In this document: positions 16,937 through 25,490 of the stretch, piece by piece
How positions within the stretch are numbered: position 1 is the stretch's first letter
Layout: each line of letters begins with the position of its first letter
DNA from: an uncultured archaeon
Lineage (GTDB): Archaea; Asgardarchaeota; Thorarchaeia; Thorarchaeales; Thorarchaeaceae
Assembly: GCA_964610875.1 (NCBI GenBank)
Contig: CAZSWP010000032.1
Span: 1-45,218, forward strand
DNA length: 45,218 nucleotides
Reading direction: 5' to 3'
Notes under the pieces: model-generated
Database searches by the model: none
What the model was told of the DNA's origin: nothing
What the model saw: the letters and a program-made list of their open reading frames with translations, nothing else
Program-made: the position numbers and the translations under genes

Positions 16937-18220
16937 TCAGAACAAATCCGGTGTTAGTGCAGTAGAGCCATGTATCTTGGCAAGGACAAATGCTTTGATT
17001 GCCTGAAACTTGGAAGGCACTAATTCTAAGGGACTAACTCCCATAAGTTTACAGAGAGCTGTTGTTGTTGACGCAAGACTATTACAGGCAGGTGAGAGAT
17101 ACACATTCTTTTCCCCCAATTTTTCTTCTAATCGTGTTCGCACTTCCTGGATTGCACAATCGCCTGCCAATAGGACCTGTCCCTCTATCTCATTAATGAC
17201 TTCTTCATCAAACCCCTTTCCCATTACTATTGTAAAGCCACCTTTTCCTTCATGATCATAATATAGCAACTGAAGCAGCATTCTCACATTCAAATCACAA
17301 CCTTCTCTACACAGTTTCTCTTTTCCCCTAATAATGGTCACATCCTCTGGCATTCTATCAATAATATCGTGGGGATATCTCTTTGAGAATCGTTTCATAT
17401 CTCCATCTATTCTGATACTCCCATAGTCAGTATTTCCTATGCCCTGAAGCGCTAACAGTGACAGATGCTGCACATCATCAACATCATATCCCAGTATTTT
17501 TGCACCGGCTGTGTCTACTGCAAGTGTATCGGGTCCTCCAACTAGGATATCCAGTCGGTCGATTGACTCGGATAGAAATGATTCCAGAGGATAATGACCA
17601 TTATAAACTGCATGGACCCCATCAATGAGAGTGAAGTCTGGTTGTACTTGGAGGTAGATGTCTGCAAGCAGACTATGAAGTCTTGCATCATGATTTCGAC
17701 TTCTGTATGCATGAACTGGAAAAGCCATCTGATTCTTCACGCCTAGAGTCACAGTACTCATTGAATGAGTCTTGAGTTTAGGCACGTTCACATACGTATG
17801 CTCTTCTTGCTCTTCGATGAGTTTTTTGACCACAATCTTTGGGAATGTAACTGCTTCTTTAATATGTTCAAGTTGGACTGGTACTGTTGGTTGTTCATCA
17901 AGGTAGATACTCTTTGCACCTGTCCTTTTACAGACTTCTTTGTATCCCGTGACCTCAAACACAAGACGAGTGACATTTGCTTGAGTTGAGTTCTCCATTA
18001 CAAAGACCTGTGTAGCTCCCTTGTTATAGAAATAGTCAATGACACCTTCCAATACGAGGGGATCAGTATGAGTGAATGGTTTGAAATCAATGCCATTCGG
18101 TTTTACATACACCTCACCTGATGACTTAATGAGACTCTCTCCATCTACAGTCCTTTCAAATACCTTGTTGATGGCCTGCCCAATGTCATCATCAATGTCT
18201 ACCACTGCTACATCTGCCAT
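16937..18220 (-). CDS. DUF362 domain (Fe-S-associated) protein
   Basis: VYVKPN, T.P.V, NVPKLKTH...TLGVKN, D.LAVD; C-terminal cysteines (CREGC, GDC, PAC). Confidence 0.8.
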   Translation of the reverse strand: MADVAVVDIDDDIGQAINKVFERTVDGESLIKSSGEVYVKPNGIDFKPFTHTDPLVLEGVIDYFYNKGATQVFVMENSTQANVTRLVFEVTGYKEVCKRTGAKSIYLDEQPTVPVQLEHIKEAVTFPKIVVKKLIEEQEEHTYVNVPKLKTHSMSTVTLGVKNQMAFPVHAYRSRNHDARLHSLLADIYLQVQPDFTLIDGVHAVYNGHYPLESFLSESIDRLDILVGGPDTLAVDTAGAKILGYDVDDVQHLSLLALQGIGNTDYGSIRIDGDMKRFSKRYPHDIIDRMPEDVTIIRGKEKLCREGCDLNVRMLLQLLYYDHEGKGGFTIVMGKGFDEEVINEIEGQVLLAGDCAIQEVRTRLEEKLGEKNVYLSPACNSLASTTTALCKLMGVSPLELVPSKFQAIKAFVLAKIHGSTALTPDLF

Positions 18221-18297
18221 TAGCGTCACCTTAGTATAATAGACATCCAACCGAAAAAGACTTGCCTATTCCATCCTACAATCCTTTAGATAATTAT

Positions 18298-18374
18298 TGG
18301 TGGGCCGGAGGAGATTTGAACTCCCGATCCCTTGGATCCGAACCAAGAATCATACCAAGCTAGACCACCGACCC
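18298..18374 (-). tRNA. tRNA-Pro(CGG), CCA encoded
   Basis: Acceptor GGGTCGG/CCGGCCC, anticodon arm CTTGG-TTCGGAT-CCAAG, TTCAAAT T-loop, A-CCA end. Confidence 0.95.
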
Positions 18375-18441
18375 TTGCAATTACACCCTTTCAAATAAGG
18401 GACAGCAATCAGTCCTTTTTATGAACGATTTAATCATTTCG

Positions 18442-19281
18442 TTATTTTACATCTGGATTATACTGTTTCCTTAGTGTTTCCACTGTGCCAAGAAATACCC
18501 CCTCCAAACTAAATACTTCAGAAGTAAGCAGGTCAGCACAGTCATTCTCAAATAATGGTCCTTGAAATCGAACATCAGAACGATTGATACTAACCCCTGT
18601 TATCAAGTCATTGAAGGGGGGCAAGGTCAAAAGTGTCGCATCCCCGTCATTTAATTCTAACTTTCCCTGTTTACTTCTAACACAGTCCCTGTTTAATTTT
18701 GAGCTCATTACTACTGGTACAACATGTGACGAACGTCGTCTTTCTGAACGTCCTATAACTAAAGAAGAAACATCGAGAACCCTTCTCACATTGGGGTGAT
18801 TATGTCCCACAACGATTAATTTCGACTGTAATACATCATCTGATGGCCATGCATGACCATGTAAAAAGCCAATACGTTCTTCTTTTGTTTCAAGTACCGT
18901 ACCTTGCGTTTCAGTGATTTTAATTGACCTGGGTAGGAGAGGACCGAGGTTACCATCATGATTGCCCGGGATTATGGTAATCGGTGTGTAATTTACAACG
19001 CGCTCCATAAACTCTGGAATCGTTCTCCAATTGTATGAACTATCGGTGTGAATGGTATGTTTCACATCTCCTATGATGTAGAGCCATTCTATACTATATT
19101 CACTGACCAACCTAACAATTCTTTCAAGCATCTTTTCATGTTGATATGGAAAATGCGTTCCTGTTCTCTCTGATAGGTCTATCTCATATCCTAGATGTAA
19201 ATCAGATATTACCAATATACTGATGTCATCTAGTTCCAAGACCAATGCCCTGTCTTCAAAGATGAGATTCATTTCATCCAA
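18442..19281 (-). CDS. Calcineurin-like metallophosphoesterase (COG1407-like)
   Basis: SDLHLG, GDVKH, GNHD, HGH and GHNHP motifs. Confidence 0.9.
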   Translation of the reverse strand: MDEMNLIFEDRALVLELDDISILVISDLHLGYEIDLSERTGTHFPYQHEKMLERIVRLVSEYSIEWLYIIGDVKHTIHTDSSYNWRTIPEFMERVVNYTPITIIPGNHDGNLGPLLPRSIKITETQGTVLETKEERIGFLHGHAWPSDDVLQSKLIVVGHNHPNVRRVLDVSSLVIGRSERRRSSHVVPVVMSSKLNRDCVRSKQGKLELNDGDATLLTLPPFNDLITGVSINRSDVRFQGPLFENDCADLLTSEVFSLEGVFLGTVETLRKQYNPDVK

Positions 19282-19336
19282 TACTCACAACACACATGGT
19301 TTTAACGTCGTCGTCATAACTAAAATAGAGAGAAAA

Positions 19337-19723
19337 ATGCTACTCCTGCCACATGAGATCAAGATGTTGTCGGAACAAGAACTCAGTCAAAAGACCATCA
19401 ACTACTTCAAGGACCGATATGACAAACGTTTTGTGAGAGCATTACGCGCAGTAGATGAAGACAGGGTTGTACGTTATCATTTTGTTCCTAGCGATTCAAC
19501 TACTTGGATTGTATGCGGGAGACGGCGTGAGTACATGGTTATTCCAGAAACATACTGCACCTGTCGTAGTTTCTATCAAGATGTAGTGATATCACGAGAG
19601 AGCAAGTTTTGTTATCATCTATTAGCACAGAAGATTGCTCAATTGAGAAACAGCTACAAATTGAAGGAATCAACTGACTCTGAAAGAAGAAAACACTATG
19701 TCAGTTGGAGAAGAACTGACTAA
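19337..19723 (+). CDS. SWIM zinc-finger protein (Sws1/ZSWIM7-like)
   Basis: YCTCRSF-x11-CYHLLA SWIM motif in a ~128-aa protein. Confidence 0.8.
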   Translation: MLLLPHEIKMLSEQELSQKTINYFKDRYDKRFVRALRAVDEDRVVRYHFVPSDSTTWIVCGRRREYMVIPETYCTCRSFYQDVVISRESKFCYHLLAQKIAQLRNSYKLKESTDSERRKHYVSWRRTD

Positions 19724-19811
19724 GTCTGGTACCACCTTCAAACTGAGGATACATTTAAAACACTGGTCAAGATGTTGCACGCTGTCTGAGCAAATAGGTC
19801 GAGATGAGTCC

Positions 19812-20915
19812 ATGTTACGCCTCAGGAATGCAACTAAAATCTGTGTGACGGTTATTACCCTACTGCTTGTAGTATCAAGCATACCTAATACAGTCAATGC
19901 ACAGTCGTCTGAACTTGATCCCCTTTTGATTATGTATGATGCAAGCCATAGCCCCCAGTTTGCCGCTGATAACGAAGAAGAGGGTCTAAAATTAATGCTT
20001 GACATGATTAATGAATCAACAAGGTATAAAGTTCGCATTAATTACGCATTCTTGAATACAACAATCCTCAATGATGTCGATGTTCTAATAATTGCCAGCC
20101 CTGATGCGAGTGCTGAATTCAATTCAGAAGAAATTCTGGCAATCGATGATATGCTGACCAACGGTAGCTCATTACTCTTGATGGGAGATCCAAGCATTGA
20201 TCAAAATTCAACCTACTGGAGTAATCAACAATTCAGAGATATTGGTGAAAATTGGGCTATCAATAGAATTCTGACCTCCTTGAATATCTCTGGGCCCTCC
20301 TTCAGCTTCAATGAAACACTCAGTGGTGATGAAACAGTTTACAGGGGCGAAGCAATGTTTGACTACGAACATGCTGTCAATAGCACCTCTCCATCAATTA
20401 TTCAATTTGATGCAACAACATGGGATGAAACACATCCTATCTTCCGAGACATCAACTCGATAATCGCCATGACTGCCACCCTCAAACCAATTGGCCTTAG
20501 TAGTTCAATAGCAACAGGTTATGACACCTCTTTTGCACAATACAGACGAGGACCAAATACTTTTGGTAACCTGACATATCCAAATATGACGCTTGCCGAG
20601 TTTGAAGAACACCCTCGGTCATACTCTGCAATCAACGGAACTTTCCCATCTTGGCTGTCTGCTTTCGAATATGACAATAGCAGGATTATTCTCACTGGTT
20701 CAACAATCATGTTCAGTGGAAAATATCTTGATATCGAGGACAGTGAAGAACAATGGTTTTACCAAGCTGACAACTCTCGTCTTTTCATGAATATGCTTAG
20801 CTGGTTGACTGAGGGCTTTGTAGAGAGTCCTGATGCAACAATACCTATTGCGATAATTTCATCCGTGATACTCGTACTTGGTATTGCGATTTACTTATTC
20901 AAAAAGATGAGATAG
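19812..20915 (+). CDS. Type I membrane glycoprotein with GIFT (GldG/IFT52/OST48-like) domain
   Basis: Signal peptide; YDASH, LNDVDVLII, GSSLLLMGD, SRIILTGS..FS, N..LFMNMLSWL; many NxS/T sequons; C-terminal TM followed by KKMR. Confidence 0.7.
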   Translation: MLRLRNATKICVTVITLLLVVSSIPNTVNAQSSELDPLLIMYDASHSPQFAADNEEEGLKLMLDMINESTRYKVRINYAFLNTTILNDVDVLIIASPDASAEFNSEEILAIDDMLTNGSSLLLMGDPSIDQNSTYWSNQQFRDIGENWAINRILTSLNISGPSFSFNETLSGDETVYRGEAMFDYEHAVNSTSPSIIQFDATTWDETHPIFRDINSIIAMTATLKPIGLSSSIATGYDTSFAQYRRGPNTFGNLTYPNMTLAEFEEHPRSYSAINGTFPSWLSAFEYDNSRIILTGSTIMFSGKYLDIEDSEEQWFYQADNSRLFMNMLSWLTEGFVESPDATIPIAIISSVILVLGIAIYLFKKMR

Positions 20916-20917
20916 TT

Positions 20918-21535
20918 TCACCAATGGGGGTTTTCAATCCCCATTGTTTTGAGATTACTTTCTATCTCCTTTTTCACTTTTCCAATGCCCTTCTTTTTCT
21001 TTGCTGTAGTTGCTATAATAACCGGTTCATGGTCAGGAAGAGCAATCTCTAATTTCTCTCTGAGATACATCAGTTCTCTCTCCTGCTCCTTTTTCTTTAC
21101 TTTGTCAATTTTGTTTGCAACTATAATAACATTCGCTGCAATCTCCGATAGAAAGGTATAGAATTCAACATCTATCGGAATCTCACCACGAGCATTCCAT
21201 CTTTCAAACAACACTCTAAACAAGGAAACATCAATTACTAGAATGGCAACTGCTATTCTTTCACTCATCCTTTCAAGTGTATGGACAATACGTGTTTTCA
21301 TTTCATCGACGGATGTCTTACTCTGTCCAGCCATGTAGCCAAAGCCCGGAAAATCAATCAAAACGACCGATCCAAGGTCTATCCTATGCTCCCATCTAGT
21401 GCTACCAGGTTTTTTTCCAACTTTGATTTTAATTCCAGTTAATGCTCTTATTGTACTGCTCTTTCCCACATTACTTCTTCCAGCAAAAACTACGAGAGGT
21501 TTTCTCTTAGTCCCAGAATGGTCGTGTTCTCTCAT
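20918..21535 (-). CDS. engB: EngB/YihA-family GTPase
   Basis: FAGRSNVGKSS, GKKPGST, DFPGFGY, NKID. Confidence 0.92.
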   Translation of the reverse strand: MREHDHSGTKRKPLVVFAGRSNVGKSSTIRALTGIKIKVGKKPGSTRWEHRIDLGSVVLIDFPGFGYMAGQSKTSVDEMKTRIVHTLERMSERIAVAILVIDVSLFRVLFERWNARGEIPIDVEFYTFLSEIAANVIIVANKIDKVKKKEQERELMYLREKLEIALPDHEPVIIATTAKKKKGIGKVKKEIESNLKTMGIENPHW

Positions 21536-24350
21536 ATTGTTTCTCCGCCTTAGCTATTGTACGAAGTATTGTCAGTCTATCGGTCAATTGAGGGTTGAGA
21601 ATACGTGATGCTGTTTGGGGACCAATCCCTCTCCCTGCAAGAATCAACAATGCGACTTTCCCATATTCAGAAACAAGACTTGCTGTCAGTGCTCCTGTTC
21701 TGTATTTCTTATACTCTTCTCTTGATAGTTTGTTACCCGCTGCATGGTTTTTTACAATCTTGACGAAATCTTGGTCAACTGTAGAAACTGCAGCAACCAT
21801 TGAAGAATCGCATATTGGACAAAATATCTTGTCATCCAGTGTGGATAATGTTCTTACCGAGTTCCAGTCAACGTTACCCATACAGACCAACCTGAATTTC
21901 TTTGACATAAGTCGATCTTCCATCATTTTCAATACTTCATCTTCCTCTGAGATTTCTCCCATTACTTCAAATCTAGTCTTCTCCTCAATAATTAACCGGG
22001 CAAATGATGATGGTCTTTTCGTCTTGACCACTATAATTTCCATTTTTCCATCTGCAATTTTTTGGAAAAGTTCGATGATTCTTTTCTCATCCAGCTTATC
22101 TCGAAGTACCTCATTCATAGCTTCAGTAAATACTGGAGAGTTCTCATATGATTTAATGAGTCGTTGAACAGGAATTTCGTGTATTTTTGCGTCACGTCTA
22201 ATGATACCCATCCGTCGTCCCACATGTACAAAACGGGATGCAAAATTTTGTGTTTGCTTTACTGCTATTCTCAGAATAGAAACTATCTGTCTTGTATCAT
22301 AAGTCCTCAATATCTCAGGAAGTATATCTGCATCAATACCACCAGGCGTTGTAAATAGAACTCGATAAGGGTCTCTCTCAACGGCAACCTCAATTCCTAA
22401 CTGTGTCGTAAGCAAAGCACCTAATACAACACCAAGGGTTTCATTCGCCCGTGTTCCAAGTGCAATATGTACCACAATTCCATCATCAATTTTCTCAATA
22501 ATCACTCTATCATTTGACGGAAGCGTTCCAAACGCTTCTTTCGCTGCAATAATAGTGGAAATTACATGATTCTGTGCATTTATCGAAATCCGATATTCCT
22601 TCTCAAGCTGTTTTCTAAAAACGGATTCGCTATCGTCAATGAGATTCCATACTTTGGCAACCTCCGAAGCAACCTCGTAAGGCACTGGAATCATCTCGCC
22701 AATCCATCTCGGCGCTTCAACCTCTGTTTCTACTACTGGTGCACAAAGGACCTCTTCCTTATCATCATCCACTGATACAATCTTCCATGGCCGTCCACGA
22801 ATCACAAACACACTTCCTAAATCCATACTCTCCACGAATGTTTCATCAAGAACACCTATACTTCTTCTACTGGCCATGTCCACAGCTCGTACCTGTTGAA
22901 CATCAGGTATAGTACTAAGATGCTCATAGTAAAACGACCGCGTCCTTTTGTATCTTTTAACTAAACCGTTCTCAACTCTGAGTGTTTTCCGCTCTTCTAA
23001 GAAATTCAAGATACTCCTCAGTTCAATTTCAGTAATCTTCTTGAACGGTTGTGCTTGTTGTACCAGTTTGAATAACTCATTGAAATCAATCTCATCAATA
23101 TCGAGTAGAATTCCTGCTACCTGTTGACTGAGGACATCCCATGCCTTCTCAGGAATCTTAGCATTCTCCACCTTGTTTGCTCTTGCTCTTCTCAATATCA
23201 CTCCAGACTCAAGAATATCATCCAAATTTGCAGTAGCAATGATAATTCCTTTTGATACTCTACCTACACCGTGACCAGATCGTCCCACACGTTGTAAGAT
23301 TCTTGACACCTCTCTAGGTGATGAATACTGAACCACCAAGTCTGCCTGCCCAATATCTATTCCTAACTCTAGACTGGAAGTGGCAACTATTGCCTTGGAA
23401 ATGCCATTCTTTAGACGGTCCTCAGCTTCAAGCCTCACATCCTTTGACAATGAACCGTGATGCACATCAAATTCAAAGGCTGGAGAAAGTATCCGTATTT
23501 TTGAGCCTAAAACTTCTGCAAAGGAACGTGTGTTAGTAAAAACAAGGGTTGACTTATGTGATTCAATAAGTTCCATAATTCGTTTCATGCGGGCTGTAGA
23601 GTGGGGTGGATATGAAATCCTTCGAGCAAGTTTCTTATCGTCGGATGATGGTTCTGGCATTTCTACCGTCATCTCAGTTTCTCGCGATTGGTATCCTGCC
23701 CAAAAGGTGTGTACATCACGTTCATTTCCAACAAGTAGCTCGGCAACATCTTTTGGATTCCCAACAGTCGCTGACAATCCAATACGTTGAATTGAGTTCC
23801 CTGCTAATCGTTCAAGTCTTTCAAGGCCTAACGAGAGTTGTACTCCTCGCTTTCCGTCTGCCATCTCATGAACCTCATCCACAATGACCGCAAATACGGT
23901 CTTTAGATGATAGCGAAGTCGCTTTCCCGGAAGAATGGCTTGCAGAGTTTCAGGCGTTGTAATTAACAGATTTGGGGGACGTATGGCTTGTTTTCTCCGA
24001 GCGTATTGTGTTGTATCACCATGACGGACTGCAACCGTAATTCCAAGATGACTGCACAGCTCTTCGATCCTTTTGAACACATCCCGATTGAGTGCACGGA
24101 GTGGTGTGATATAGAGAACATAAAATCCAAACAACTCTTGTTCTTCTTTCATTTTGTACAATTTATGAAGTAACGGCAATAGAGCCGCTTCAGTTTTGCC
24201 ACTCCCGGTAGGTGCTAATAATAATACGTTCTTTCTATCTTCAAGAATTGCAGGTATCGCTTTAGATTGGATATCGGTGGGATTCTGTATTCCACTCGAT
24301 TGTAAAAAATTGGAAACATCTGAATCGAGCAGACTGAATACATTCATCAC
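21507..24350 (-). CDS. lhr: Lhr-family SF2 helicase
   Basis: APTGSGKT, PLRALNRD, DEVHE, SAT, HHGSLS, SSLELGIDIG, QRVGRSGH; C-terminal CPIC and GRGIGP extension. Confidence 0.92.
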   Translation of the reverse strand: MMNVFSLLDSDVSNFLQSSGIQNPTDIQSKAIPAILEDRKNVLLLAPTGSGKTEAALLPLLHKLYKMKEEQELFGFYVLYITPLRALNRDVFKRIEELCSHLGITVAVRHGDTTQYARRKQAIRPPNLLITTPETLQAILPGKRLRYHLKTVFAVIVDEVHEMADGKRGVQLSLGLERLERLAGNSIQRIGLSATVGNPKDVAELLVGNERDVHTFWAGYQSRETEMTVEMPEPSSDDKKLARRISYPPHSTARMKRIMELIESHKSTLVFTNTRSFAEVLGSKIRILSPAFEFDVHHGSLSKDVRLEAEDRLKNGISKAIVATSSLELGIDIGQADLVVQYSSPREVSRILQRVGRSGHGVGRVSKGIIIATANLDDILESGVILRRARANKVENAKIPEKAWDVLSQQVAGILLDIDEIDFNELFKLVQQAQPFKKITEIELRSILNFLEERKTLRVENGLVKRYKRTRSFYYEHLSTIPDVQQVRAVDMASRRSIGVLDETFVESMDLGSVFVIRGRPWKIVSVDDDKEEVLCAPVVETEVEAPRWIGEMIPVPYEVASEVAKVWNLIDDSESVFRKQLEKEYRISINAQNHVISTIIAAKEAFGTLPSNDRVIIEKIDDGIVVHIALGTRANETLGVVLGALLTTQLGIEVAVERDPYRVLFTTPGGIDADILPEILRTYDTRQIVSILRIAVKQTQNFASRFVHVGRRMGIIRRDAKIHEIPVQRLIKSYENSPVFTEAMNEVLRDKLDEKRIIELFQKIADGKMEIIVVKTKRPSSFARLIIEEKTRFEVMGEISEEDEVLKMMEDRLMSKKFRLVCMGNVDWNSVRTLSTLDDKIFCPICDSSMVAAVSTVDQDFVKIVKNHAAGNKLSREEYKKYRTGALTASLVSEYGKVALLILAGRGIGPQTASRILNPQLTDRLTILRTIAKAEKQYERTRPFWD

Positions 24351-24577
24351 CTTGGACCTCTTGACGAAACATGCTTAATTTCGTTCAAAAGGATACGCAT
24401 ATCAGTTTTTAATGTCACTTCAGCTTCTGCCATCTCTTTTTCTATGAATTGAATACTCTCTACTAGATTAGAGCACTCTTTCTCAACCATCGTTATTATG
24501 CTACGGATAGCATCAAGATTTGACATATGTCCTGCGACGTTCTCAAAAGCAGTCTGAATGATTTCAATATGGGGCAT
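24347..24577 (-). CDS. Hypothetical helical protein (76 aa)
   Basis: GGGGG SD; stop overlaps the lhr start codon. Confidence 0.65.
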   Translation of the reverse strand: MPHIEIIQTAFENVAGHMSNLDAIRSIITMVEKECSNLVESIQFIEKEMAEAEVTLKTDMRILLNEIKHVSSRGPR

Positions 24578-24603
24578 TTACTGAACCCCCTGCATGTGTC
24601 CAG

Positions 24604-24726
24604 CTATTCTTCTTCAGGTTCTCCACCATAGACTGAATATGCTAGAATAAGCACTAGTGCAAACACGCCCATTATATTTAGTACAACAAAGATGATTGAG
24701 TTTGCTAATTCTGGCGTTATCTGCAT
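24604..24726 (-). CDS. 40-aa single-TM miniprotein, OST4-like
   Basis: Not in the ORF track. ATG 24726 to TAG 24604 encodes MQITPELANSIIFVVLNIMGVFALVLILAYSVYGGEPEEE; GAGTGA upstream; co-oriented with its neighbours. Confidence 0.7.
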   Translation of the reverse strand: MQITPELANSIIFVVLNIMGVFALVLILAYSVYGGEPEEE

Positions 24727-24837
24727 AGTAATCAAAATCACTCGGATTTAGTCCGCTTATAACCATTGCTGAATGTGGCATCTTGTACTAGTATACTTCA
24801 CTATACTCATAGATACAATATTAGAGAGAAAAATAAT

Positions 24838-25089
24838 TTATGCCTCAGCTTTTCTTGCGGCATAGTATTGATCTATAAAGTCACCGTACACATCAACAGC
24901 TTCTGTGAGAGGGTTGATTGATTCAATAACCATTTCTAAACCACATGAACCGCACGTCACCGTAGCCATTCCATTATCCTTGTAGACAACGATTCGAATG
25001 GCGGTGTTTCCACAAGTTGGACAATCATATACATCAGGTATCTTCTTTTGTGGTCGTCGTCGTACTTTCTGTCGTCTTCTTCTTCCCAT
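24838..25089 (-). CDS. elf1: Transcription elongation factor Elf1
   Basis: Basic N-terminus MGRRRR, CPTCG...CGSCG zinc ribbon, L.EAVDVY..FID. Confidence 0.93.
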   Translation of the reverse strand: MGRRRRQKVRRRPQKKIPDVYDCPTCGNTAIRIVVYKDNGMATVTCGSCGLEMVIESINPLTEAVDVYGDFIDQYYAARKAEA

Positions 25090-25249
25090 AAGACTCACCC
25101 TTTGTTTGCCTATTTCTCACAGACACGATAACACTGCCCTCAAAGAAACAGAGCAAGCTGCTCCTCGAGAGTGCTCATTTAAGATTTTTGTTAAGGATAA
25201 TATGACGGAAACAAAGCTTTCATATCCTAGCTTGCTGGGGGTCAATATA

Positions 25250-25483
25250 ATGACCGATCTCACTAAAAACGCGAAATGTGTTCTTAAAATTCTTGAGAAA
25301 GAAGATGGTCTTACAACATCTGAAATCCTAGAGTTTGCAAGAACATCCGAGTTTTCTGAGATTTGCCAAGACTGTGCAGGTGGGGATGCTTTTATTGTTG
25401 CCGCCAATCAATTAGTTGAGCGTGGGTTCATAACCAAGAAATTTGGTAAAGGCGGATATCGTTGGTACCACCAAGAGAGATGA
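25250..25483 (+). CDS. Small winged-helix protein with CxxC
   Basis: GGGGG SD; VLKILEKEDGLTTSEI...CQDC...LVERGFITK...GGYRW wHTH pattern. Confidence 0.7.
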   Translation: MTDLTKNAKCVLKILEKEDGLTTSEILEFARTSEFSEICQDCAGGDAFIVAANQLVERGFITKKFGKGGYRWYHQER

Positions 25484-25490
25484 TTTATTC

